From positions 1 through 32,461 of the forward strand of contig NIVC01003810.1 of assembly GCA_002269645.1 (NCBI GenBank): 32,461 nt of DNA. The letters are read 5' to 3'. Within the stretch, counting starts at the first letter, position 1, and the number at the start of each line of letters is the position of its first letter. The translations under genes and the position numbers were made by a program. The notes beneath the pieces are model-generated. The model was given only the letters and a program-made list of their open reading frames with translations. It was not told the origin of the DNA and ran no database searches. Origin of the DNA: Macrostomum lignano (lineage: Eukaryota). This document shows, piece by piece, positions 21,865-31,916 of this stretch.

Positions 21865-22370
21865 TATATAGTGAATGTAAGCCTTGCTGTAAGTGTTGCG
21901 AAGTTCTCAAGCTGCCGCTGCAGCGAGGCTGTCCTGACCAATGGTTCGGGAGAACAATGCAGACTCTACCCTATTTCCAGTCAGCCTTCTAATGCGTGGA
22001 GTTTCTCAGTACGTTTTTTACTCTCTCAGAGAAGCACAATGAAAGATGCACCGGCCCTTGTGTGAATTGGCTCTATATTATCTTGCCACAAACCTCTAAA
22101 CTGGCCACAACGATTTGAAATTCGCTGCGCAGTTGTCGTAAGCAGCAGAGTATATTGGCGTACGGGTTTTGGGGCCAAAGAACTGTGCTAAATTATCAAA
22201 GCAATTTTTCTCTGTTCTCGCTATTGTACTGCTAAATCCACCGCAAGAATTTAAACGTACTGAAGGTAGAGTCTGCATTGTTCTCCCGAACAATTGGTCA
22301 GGACAGCCTCGCTGCAGCGGCAGCTTGAGAACTTCGCAACACTTACAGCAAGGCTTGCATTCACTATATA
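21865..22370. promoter_or_regulatory. Divergent promoter region: mirrored CCAAT and TATA-like boxes
   Basis: CCAAT at 21938-21942 and ATTGG at 22293-22297. TATATA at 21865-21870 and 22365-22370, ~70 bp downstream of each CCAAT and ~140 bp upstream of each ATG. Confidence 0.45.
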
Positions 22371-22510
22371 TTAGTGGCTATTCTGAGCACACCTAGCACA
22401 CCGAGAGAGGCTAGCTCACAGCATCACAGCTGGTGCTCAACAGATTTTGCAGAGAGCCACGGCAGAATCAAGCATCGCTATCAGCTGTTTGGAATTCCTA
22501 ATCGGCAGAA

Positions 22511-22744
22511 ATGCTCTTTTCAATCAGGCTGGGCCGACACTCGATTGGCAACTCCGGGCGTCACTGCCTTCTGTGTTTCGCAGTATTAATGATTTTAATA
22601 GCGGGTCTGCGCTTCATCAGCCCACTGAACAAGGCTAGCGACTCTTTAGCGGACGTTAGTCACGTGACCATGGCTGAGACGCATGAGGTGCGTCGTGTGC
22701 CATGGTGCAGCATAAATTGGCTGTATTCTCCTGTACTTGGCCAG
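22511..22744 (+). CDS. GT92 copy 2, exon 1
   Basis: ATG at 22511; 78 codons; donor GGCCAG|GTAAAC; same TM segment as copy 1. Confidence 0.75.
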
Positions 22745-22820
22745 GTAAACTCTTAAGAAGTGTAAAGTTTTTTTACTTTCTCCTGACAAACAAACTTTCC
22801 CATTTCAATTGCGCACAGAT

Positions 22821-23055
22821 TGCAGCCATGGATGAAGGAATAGAAAGGATCGCTCATCTGAAAGCGAGTCTGGACAAGACTTCCTTAAATTTGGGATATT
22901 CCCCCCATGAATTTCATTGGCTGGTGGAGTTTAATAATAGTCCCCCTAAGTTCTTACTGGCTGCAGCTTGTACGCGGGGGAAATTCCAAAGTCCCGATTA
23001 ACGTTAAACATCGTGAAGATGAGCGATCCTTTCTATTCTTTCATCAATGATTGCA
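22821..23055. mobile_element. Small MITE-like element (imperfect ~38-bp terminal inverted repeats)
   Basis: 22821-22858 TGCAGCCATGGATGAAGGAATAGAAAGGATCGCTCATC matches the reverse complement of 23018-23055. No TSD was established. Confidence 0.45.
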
Positions 23056-24640
23056 GCCCATCTATTCCTTCGAAGGATGGTTGTGGTTATGCTGTACGAG
23101 CGTAGATATATGATTCAATACTTGGTTTTGAGTGCCATAGACATTTCAGTAAGAAGAGCCAAGTATTGAGTAGTATTGTACCCTTTTGTCTATGGTTTTC
23201 GGCAGTAAGACTTTCGAAAACAACTCAATTGCTTGCCGGCAGTTTTAGATTTTTACCGGAAAATAACGAATGTATTTGGCTCCGGTTCTCCGGTAATGAT
23301 GTTCACCTAGCGATTGACGGACGGGGATTCCAGGTGCCGTGAATGGCCCCACGAAAACAGATAGAGACTTCGGCGCGTAGTATGTTCCATTCTGCTTTTG
23401 AAGAGACAAATAGAAAAGCCTCAGGTAATCGTTCAGGAATCGATCCGCGGTACGCGCTCAAACTCCTGGCAGAGCCCCTTCTCATTGAGGAACTGGCGGA
23501 ACCTTGCCACGTGAAGTTTTCGTCGAGTCTCGGTCGATTCAGGCACACATTCATTCTCAATCCGGTCCAGCATTTGCAAATCTTCGTTAGCTCAGGCAGC
23601 ACTTTAGTGTAGCTTATTTTAAAGGGTTACAATAACGACATGGACAGATTTTTTAACGGCAGCAATTGCTTTACTGAGCTGAAGCCGCGTAGCTGCCAAT
23701 TGCTGCCGAAAAAATCAGTACGGGAGCACGAGAATTGCCTGCAGTGCAATTTGCCTGCGAGCGAATTGCCCGCCAAGTTTTTTCCCGCCGAGGTTTGCCC
23801 GCAAAGCTTTTTTCCTGCAGCGCATTTGGCCACGCGGCAGATTTTGTCTGATTGCCTCTCCATTGCTCAGAAGTCTTAATAAAGAGATTTGACTTGATCA
23901 TCAAGTTTGACTTCAACATCAGTATCTAACGTTACATTGTAATCATGATTGTACGCTCGGATTTCTCGTGCATTAGATGATGACTCTAGCCAACACGCGA
24001 TCACGATCCGTTTGAGCACGCTTTTACACATTTAAATCGTGTCACAATATGCAGACAGTGTTTTAAAATTCCCCCTCATGCGATTCTACGGCTGTACCGC
24101 AATTGCAGACGCTAATTACGTGTACCTACATTTATATTTAAAAAGATTGAGTGTTTCTTAGAATTATGCAGCATCTGATTTATAACATGTGAATTGAAGG
24201 TTTTCTGTGGTTTTCCTTGCTTATACCTCTTTCATTCGAGCGATTTATTCAAGTTTGCGCTGAGCTCTATACAGTGCAGGCCACTGCAGTCTTTAACCGG
24301 AAACCGCATCAGATTTCTAGGCTCAATCGCTCGGGCCAGTGAGGTTTAGAAGCTCTGACGCCTGTAACAGTGGCTTAAAATTAAGACGATTTGAGCGGCT
24401 AATTGAGTCCTCTTGAATTGATAGCTTCTATAACTGTCTTGCATAGCAGGATGCTTGCCAGTTTCTGTTAAAGCAGGTGATCAAAATTAGCCACCATAAA
24501 ATATTGACTAGCCAAGTTTTCTGGCGATCCAGAAGCTAAAGATCATCCCCCATAGAAATTGAAGCATGTTCCATCAATTCATTCCAAAGGCCAATTCAGT
24601 TTCCTAACACAAGACCATCGCCCTCACGCACCCAATGAAG

Positions 24641-24942
24641 GAGTTTCGCTTCCAGAGCATCAGACCAGGCGATCATAACTTGTCTACCTACTCAGCCTTC
24701 CATGACCGGAGGGACAGCTCGAGCAGGCCAGTGGTACGAGTGCTTGCCGTTGCCTTGTTAGGAGGCGGAGGCAAAGTGCTCTGCCAGCTGTGGTATCGGC
24801 GAGCGGCCTCAGTCATGGCGGCCGTGCCGGCTGAAATCGAAGTTATGCCCGATGGTGAGGGCCAGAGCTACGAATCGTGGCTAATCAGCTGCAAGAACCC
24901 GGCCGCTGATGGGGAGGTGCCGTATGCCGTGTCATTCGTCAG
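24641..24942 (+). CDS. GT92 copy 2, exon 2 (later exons not in window)
   Basis: EFRFQS..TYSAFHDRR..VVRVLA..LCQLWYRR..YESWLISCKNP..EVPYAVSFV(R). Donor AG|GTGAGT with the same phase 2 as copy 1; the acceptor is a weaker AAG with CTAAC 30 nt upstream. Confidence 0.8.
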
Positions 24943-25084
24943 GTGAGTGACCAAACTGAACACGGTTCCATTTTGAAGAAAAAACTGACCAAATCTTATT
25001 TTAGAGTCTGTATTAAATTCAAAAGAACCAAGATGTCAAGTGTGAAGTACTTAGGGTTGTTTCGAGGTGGTCTGGTAGGTCTTT

Positions 25085-26033
25085 GAATCCCACCGCTGCT
25101 ACCAGTGAAGTACAGAGCTTCTGCTTCCCGGTTTAGGCACTTAAGTTTACCTTAAGTCATGAGCCTCTTCTCTCGTAAGCCTTCTTCGTAGCTCTCAGAC
25201 GCGTAGGTAGTGCTGCCACCAGTTCCTTCAGGTCTCGGCCTTCGATGAGGTGAGCTTCCCGTCGGAACGAAATAACGAAGTCAACGAACTCAGCACAACA
25301 TGCAGATTTGCAGCTCAACGTACAGGGCAGGGCGTCTCGTCAGCAGTACCTGCCGGGCTTGGTTGGTGGATGGGAGGGCTTTGTTAGCCTCTCACAGGCT
25401 TGGGGTTTGCTTTAGATGGGTCTCAGTCAGACCAATAGCAGAGAACTCAATGTACGCAGACAGAGAACGGGTGTTCAATCTCAGACAAGGGCGCACACGG
25501 GGTCTTAGAAGACGAAACTCTCAGAAGACCAAATCTCGGAAAACTCCTTGACGGAAACAAGGGGAGAAGGGTCCTATTTATAGAGCGGGATTCTCCTCCG
25601 CACAAGACCTCGCACAAGACCTCCGCACGAGACCTTAGAATTGACGTCACTTGAGGTCTGCGGGCACAGTGCGCCAGGCTGTGACTCAGTGTCTATTTTT
25701 AGAAACATGAGTCACTCCTCTCCTTAGGAAAGGGTCTTAGGCACGTGATTCTCCCGCAAACAGGACCAGCGAGTTTCTTTAGGACTCCAAGAAAACAAGG
25801 CCTGTCATGTGAGCAAGTCACATGACAGGAGAAACGGGAATGGAACGAAACAAGGACAGCCCGCAGCAGAGAAGCTGGAGGCTGAGAACAGGAGCACAGA
25901 AAACGAACAGCAAAGAGAGAGAGGGCAGCAAACAGACAGACAAAAGGGAGGCGGGAAGCTGACCAGCGGCAGAGAGCAACCCAGGGCGAGGGCGCGGGCG
26001 AGAGAAACTGCTGCCTAAGTGCGACGCCTAACA
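25085..26033 (-). mobile_element. LTR (25106-26033, ~928 bp) plus tRNA-Leu-type PBS; internal region truncated
   Basis: The minus strand starts TGTTAGGCG and ends TACTTCA. One nt later comes TGGTAGCAGCGGTGGGATTC (25085-25104), complementary to a tRNA-Leu-like 3' end ...GAAUCCCACCGCUGCUACCA. TATAAATA lies at 25575-25582. No second LTR or TSD was found. Confidence 0.65.
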
Positions 26034-26589
26034 TTAAACTAGCGGCTCACTACAAGTGCATTGAAATTGATTTTTGTAAAATTTGTAAATAGATGGTAAA
26101 TAGCTCGTAAACCCTTTCCAATGCTCCTTGCTACTAAGCGTTTCACAATTTCGACACGTAGGACACTGCAATTACTAAATTCGATATTGAAATGTGGACT
26201 GACTGACTGACTCGACGAAGACTTTTACGAGTAGAAAAAATCTTTCGAAGCAGTCGCTCTCTTGTTGAAGTGCTGCGCGCTTCTCGAATCTGTAAAACTT
26301 TCAAAAGCGTGAAATGGAGAAAGAGGCGGCTGGCTCTCCTTAGTAGCGGGTAAGAGTTCACGGTGGAAGAATCGAGCTCAGCTAGCCCGCATTGATAGCG
26401 TCAAGATCCTCGTAAGTCGCGTGAAAATCGCGCCATTAGCCTAAGGAAACTTACCTATTTGGACCTGAAAATCATGGGAGCCTGCGTGATCCAAGGTCAG
26501 ATGCTAAATAAAGTAGGATTGTCATACATTGGTCGCGTGACTCAGGGTCACTTGCGTATGTGGCAGTCACGTGCTTTTCTGTGCTAAAA

Positions 26590-27080
26590 CAGAACAGACG
26601 ATGAGTCATTTTTACTCGCGCATGCGAGTTCCGCCGTCTCCGCTTGCAGCCCACGAATGTGGCAGTGGCTTGCGGAAGCGGGTGTTGGCAGACACCATGT
26701 CCTGCCTCTCCAGGAAGTCCTCCAGTGCTCTGCTGTTGCCGTTCTCACGAGACGTCACAAACAGTCACGACCTACAAAAACCGCGTTTAGGTCTCCGAGG
26801 GCGACCGCTGTGTCACGCAGCGACAGCTCTGCTGCAGCTTTGGTCCTATCAGCGCTCCAACACCTCCACGTCTGGTTGGTCCGCCGATGTGTAGAAAAGG
26901 ATCCATCCGGCACACAGGTCCTTACAGTGAATCCCCGGGTCAGCCTTGATACACCTCCTGCAGAGATTATATCACAGCTTAGGTCGAGCGCTAGCTTTGT
27001 CAGAGCTCCTCTCCGCAAGGCGACCTTGAGGGTGTTCAGCATCCCGACCTTGTGCCTTGTGGTACCGTTGAAATAAGCTT
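26590..27080 (-). mobile_element. Decayed non-LTR retrotransposon apurinic-like endonuclease fragment
   Basis: VGMLN, CDIIS/QEV, RRGGVGALIG, ALGDLNA and N..RALEDFLERQDMVSANTRFRK are APE/EEP motifs in the correct order, with frameshifts and an internal deletion. Confidence 0.7.
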
Positions 27081-27769
27081 TACAGTCGCTGGCGCCAACC
27101 AGAAGATCGGCATGGGCCAGCGCAGCAGCAGCTCGTCGGGCGGCACCACGTAGCCGACCGCGCCGATTTCGCTCACGCCGACGCACGTTCGTTCGCTCCG
27201 CTGCCCTAGCTTGGTCCTGCCACTGTTTGCCGCTTGAAGGTACACCATTTTACCTCAATTTTCATTCAAACTCAGTTTCTCTTTCGACAGTGAGAACTTC
27301 ATCTTCCACACTTCAAGCTTAGCATCTCTGAAACTGCATCCACTTCAGACAAACTCCCTTTCATCACAACTGAAAGTGAAGGTCAATTCTAACCTCTAGA
27401 AAATGCTTCTCTGTGTTCATATTTGTACCAAATTTTTACAGTTGTTCATTAAAGCAGTGTACAATCAGAATCTCCTTTCTGTACAGATAGCTTCGCACCA
27501 AAGCAAACTAAAATTTTGGAAAACGAAATTACACCACAGAGATAGGCACATGTCTAAAAGATTAAAGACTTCACTTCCACTTTCGACAAAGTCCACTTCA
27601 TATCAACAGTCTATGGTCCAGACCTACTGAAACCTCGATATGAAAAGCTAATATAAAAATCTTTGATTAGGGCTACGTCAAACATCATTCACAATATACT
27701 AAATCTCTTAGATCCGACCGGTATTTCAGTCTACAGCCGGAATGCCTGAACCGATTTTTAATAAATGGT

Positions 27770-28120
27770 ACATGAAGAGACGCTGACGGACCCGCTCGAA
27801 TGAAAAGTAGATGCGGCCCATGCTGGCCTGCTGCTCGCCACTTTCAGGATCAGCGACGAGCAATTTTTTTTTCAAACGCGGCACTTTTTTCACCGCGCCT
27901 GCCTGGTCCGTCCAAACGACCTTTTGCGCCGTCAGCGACTCTAAATGGCAGGCCACATCGTCCACGCCGTCGTACTGCCCACAGCCGATGCAGGAGATGC
28001 TGCTGCTGACGCTGCAGACAACCTACCGGCGGCAACAGGCGCGCACTTGGCATTTCGGCGACTGCCATTCGTTCGCTACCTCGCGCAGAGGCGCGCCCTG
28101 TGACGCTTCCTTCTAATAAC
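27770..28120 (+). mobile_element. Probable 3' end of an RTE-like LINE (post-RT C-terminal region), 5'-truncated
   Basis: ...HAGLL.ATFRI.DE..NAALF/HRACLVRPNDLLRRQRL*MAGHIV (RL.LAGH-type motif), then YCPQPMQEMLLLTLQ..., ending near TAATAA. Confidence 0.5.
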
Positions 28121-28450
28121 CCTGACAGAGTATCTTGTTGTTGTTGCTCCGGATAATCTTTCAGACCGAACGGCAGTTTATTCATCACGTACATGTATAA
28201 GGTGCATAAAAAGCTGTTAGCAGTCCATACAGGGAAAGCCTCACATTGTATCAAAGGGAAAGTGAAGAGAGAAAATTTTGGTCCCAACATTTTACATATC
28301 AGTTTTTATTGATCCTCTGATAGTCTTGGGTAACGGTCCTAAATGATGAATTCGCTGAGATTCTGGGGTCAAGGAACAAGCGTAGTGTCCTATCTGGTTT
28401 CCAGACTATGACTAAATCGGAGACCCACTCAGTCGGCTGAGTGCATTTCG

Positions 28451-28928
28451 ACTGAAGCTCAGAATAGAAGCTGAAGCTCAGAATACAAACTGAAGCTCAG
28501 AATACAAACTGAAGCTCAGAATCCCAACTGAAGCTTAGAATCCCAACTGAAGCTCAGAATCCCAACTGAAGCTCAGAATCCCAACTGAAGCTCAGAATCC
28601 CAACTGAAGCTCAGAATCCCAACTGAAGCTCAGAATTCCAACTGAAGCTCAGAATACAAACTGAAGCTCAGAATACAAACTGAAGCTCAGAATACAAACT
28701 GAAGCTCAGAATACAAACTGAAGCTCAGAATACAAACTGAAGCTCAGAATACAAACTGAAGCTCAGAATACAAACTGAAGCTCAGAATACAAACTGAAGC
28801 TCAGAATACAAACTGAAGCTCAGAATACAAACTGAAGCTCAGAATACAAACTGAAGCTCAGAATACAAACTGAAGCTCAGAATACAAACTGAAGCTCAGA
28901 ATACAAACTGAAGCTCAGAATACAAACT
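28451..28928 (+). repeat. 19-bp satellite (AACTGAAGCTCAGAATACA), ~25 copies, mirror image of 18290-18770
   Basis: Same unit and same TCCC and CTTAGAA variants as the array in copy 1, in opposite orientation. Confidence 0.97.
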
Positions 28929-29245
28929 TGTAAGAGCCGAGAATTTAGAGTAAGTTTACGAAGTATATTTTGATGCACGATAATTTACGAGCGATTAAAT
29001 AGTCAGCGATGATAGATCGATTAAAGTGACTCACCCAACTGGGGTGGTGGGCATGTACAGAGAAGAAAGCGAGATGCAAGTACATATACTAATAGAGCAG
29101 CCCTCACCCGACGGCCCAAACCAAACGCAACCCTACATCACTCTCCCCCAAGAAAAATACATGGGATAAAAAACGGGATAAAACAAAAGCAAACAAAAAA
29201 AAGTTCATGCAACGCGAAAAAAGTCCCGATCAGAAATAAAGCACG

Positions 29246-30640
29246 TCAACAGGTCGCCGTGTAAAAATCCGGCCGCCGGCGCTGCCTGCCCGACCGGCGC
29301 ACCGTGTTGCCGGGTTCAGCCGCGTCCGGGTTGCGCAGCGGCTCCCAGGCGTCCGGGCCGGCCAGCTGGCCCGCGGCGTCCAGGACGCTCTGACAGTCGT
29401 CCTCGGTGGCCGGCTTGGCTGGCGGCCTGCCGCTCAGATTCGGTCGGTCGATAAAGCGCTTCAAGCGGCGGTCGTGGTGAACCAGCAAGCGGCGCCTGCC
29501 GTTCACAGCCTGCAGCCGGTAGTTCACAGGGCTGATCTTCTTAAGGACGATGAACGGGCCGGACCACCGGTTCGACAGCGACTTGCACTGGCCGCGCTTC
29601 ATCGCATGGTGCGTCAGCATCACTCGGTCACCGGTCTTGAAGTCGGTAGTCTCTGCCCCTAGGTTGTAGAACTCGTGCTGCGATTTCTGGGCCGTGTGCA
29701 GGTGCGCCCGCACTACCTGAAAGCCGCGCCTGATTCTCGCCTGCAGGTCCGCGCAGTCCTGCGGCTGGTCGCACTGCCCACCGAGTGCCAAGTCGACCGG
29801 CAGTCTGGGCTCGATGCCGCGGAGCACTTTGAACGGCGACTCGCCCGTGGAGCTGTGCTCAGAGCTGTTGTAGGCCCACACGACATAGGGCAGCAGGGCA
29901 TCCCAGCTGGCCTGATTCTCTGAGCAGAATGCGGAGAGCATGTTGCCCAGCGTCCTATTGAACCTCTCGACGTTCCCGTTGCCGCTGGGGTGAAACGGTG
30001 AGGTCCTCGATTTTTCTGCTCCGAGCAGCGCGCAGGTCTGCTTGAAAACTTTGGCCTCAAACTGGCGACCTTGGTCCGAGTGCACGACCTCCGGAACTCC
30101 GTGCTGCAGCACCACGCAGGTCACCAGAGCCTCGGCTACCGTCTTGGCGTCGATCTGGCCGAGGGCCGCCGCCTCCACCCACTTTGAAAATGTGTCGACA
30201 AAGCAGATGATGTAGCGCTTGCCAGACTCGGTGACTGGCAGTGGGCCCTTGATGTCGAGTTGCATGACAGCCCACGGCTTGGCCGGTAGCGGCTGCCGCA
30301 CCAGCTCAGCGAGCGCTCGCTTTGGCGCTCCCTTGCGTCGTTGGCAGACCAGGCAGCTCCGCACCCAGTCCCGCACGTCCTCGCGCATGTCCGGCCACCA
30401 GGAACGCTCGCGCAGAGCCTGCAGCACCGCCGCTGTCCGAGGTGACCGCGCTCGGCCGGTCGTGTGCGCCTGTTGCAGCAGCTCCGCTCTCATGTGCTGA
30501 GGGATCACCGGCAACCCGTTGTGGAGCAGTGCGCCGTCCGGTGACAGCGTCAGATAGGGCAGCAGCTTCTGGACCGATGCACTCACCGCCGCCGGAACTT
30601 GAAAGTTGGGCTGGAGCATCGCGTGCCGAACCCGCGTGCA
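29246..30640 (-). pseudogene. gypsy integrase
   Basis: WWPDMREDVRDWVRSCLVC; LDIKGPLP..VDTFSKW; HSDQGRQF; GNGNVERFNRTL; WSGPF. It is out of frame with RNase H by a 1-nt lesion near 30635. Confidence 0.9.
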
Positions 30641-31372
30641 GAACCTGGTCCTGGTCCTGCTCGTCAGGCAGATTAGCGATCTGGAACTGCACCGCCGCTG
30701 CTCGGCTGAGGGTGTCTGGCACGATGTTCTCCTTGCCGGGCCGGTACAGGATTTCCAGGGGGAACTCCTGAATGAGCTGTAGCCAACGTGCCAGCCGACC
30801 GGTTGGTTCCTTCGCGTTGAGCAGCCCAGTGATCGGCTTGTGGTCGGTGAACACCTGGATCTTGCAGCTGTTGCTCAGGTACATGCGGAACTGCTTGAGG
30901 CTCCAAACAATCGCGAGCAGCTCCCGGTCCGTGGTGCTGTAGTTGCGCTCTGCCTTGCTCAGCGTCCGGGAAGCGTAGGCCACTGGCAGCTCCTGGCCGT
31001 CGCGCTCCTGGCTGAGCACCGCACCCAAGGCCACAGCACTGCTGTCACAGCTGATGACGATAGGCCTGCTGAAGTCGGGCAGCTGGAGCACCGGGGCCTG
31101 GGTCAGCGCGTCCTTCAACTTGTCCAGCACCGCAGCATGCTCTGACGTCCACACGAAGCCGCCGTGACCTGCGGAAACCTGCGGTAGAAGCTGAGCATGC
31201 CGATGATGCGTCGAACATCCTCCTCAGACTGCGGCTCCGGCATCCGCCTGATCGCCTCGACCTTCTCCGCGGCAGGTGCGATGCCGCTCTCAGAGACTTG
31301 GTGACCCAGGTACGTGACGCTCCGGTAGGCAAAGAAGCTCTTGCCTGGGTTCAGCCATGTGCCTGCTTGGTC
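30641..31372 (-). pseudogene. gypsy RT C-terminal remnant and RNase H
   Basis: LNPGKSFF..VTYLGHQVS..GI.P..EKVEAI..MP.P....VRRIIGMLSFYRRF; LQLPDF..ISCDSS..ALGAVLSQ..VAYASRTLSKAERNYSTTDRELLAIVW..FTDHKP. Confidence 0.9.
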
Positions 31373-31870
31373 TCGGTCGTCACGTCCACCACTTTAACTG
31401 ACCTTGGCGGTACCACGACGGCGCCCTGAACTCTGGCGATGATCACTGTGGGTACCAAGCAACAAGACAGCGGGCCATCTTGCTTGGAATCGCAGTTACT
31501 GAACGGAACCGCCTCACCATCGAATGCGACTGTCTTGGCACCCTGGTCGATGCTGAACTGCGATCTGGCCGCCTTGCTCACGAAATCCATCCCCAGGATG
31601 AAGTTTGGGCGAATCCCTCTGACCACCAGCACGTCCATTTGTCTGCGCAGCTGATGACTGAGTCGCACCGTAATGCTCACGCTTCCTAACAGCTCGAGAA
31701 CGGAGCCGTCCACGGACACAGGCCTGACATCTGCCGGCTTCAGCTCGCAGCGACCGTCCAGCTCTCTCAAAGCAACGTCGCTGATCAGCGAGGTCTGCGC
31801 TCCGGTGTCCAGCAGCCAGCGGCACGGCTTGCCGTTTGCCTCTCCAGGTATAAAAATAGCATGAAGCACG
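31373..31870 (-). pseudogene. gypsy aspartic protease
   Basis: RWLLDTGAQTSLIS...ILGMDF. Confidence 0.88.
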
Positions 31871-31916
31871 GATTGCTCCTGGGTTGGTGTGGGTCCCGCA
31901 CCCGTTGCACCAACCC

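Larger units (their letters stand above)
21486..22748. repeat. Inverted repeat, arms 21486-21970 and 22265-22748, with a 294-bp unique spacer
   Basis: Each arm is a promoter/5' UTR plus GT92 exon 1. Similarity stops at the splice donors. Confidence 0.95.

Noticed and set aside
21486-22748. Foldback/long-TIR DNA transposon
   Set aside because: The arms end exactly at GT donors, contain ATG-initiated TM exons in phase with exon 2, and have no TSD.
23607-23945. Possible MITE with internal TTGCC-type repeats and weak GGTTACAAT/ATTGTAATC ends
   Set aside because: The terminal match is too short and gapped to support a call.
18290-28928. CRISPR-like or telomere-like interpretation of the 19-bp and 21-bp arrays
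   Set aside because: Units are contiguous without unique spacers, there are no cas genes, the context is eukaryotic and intronic, and the units are not telomeric.
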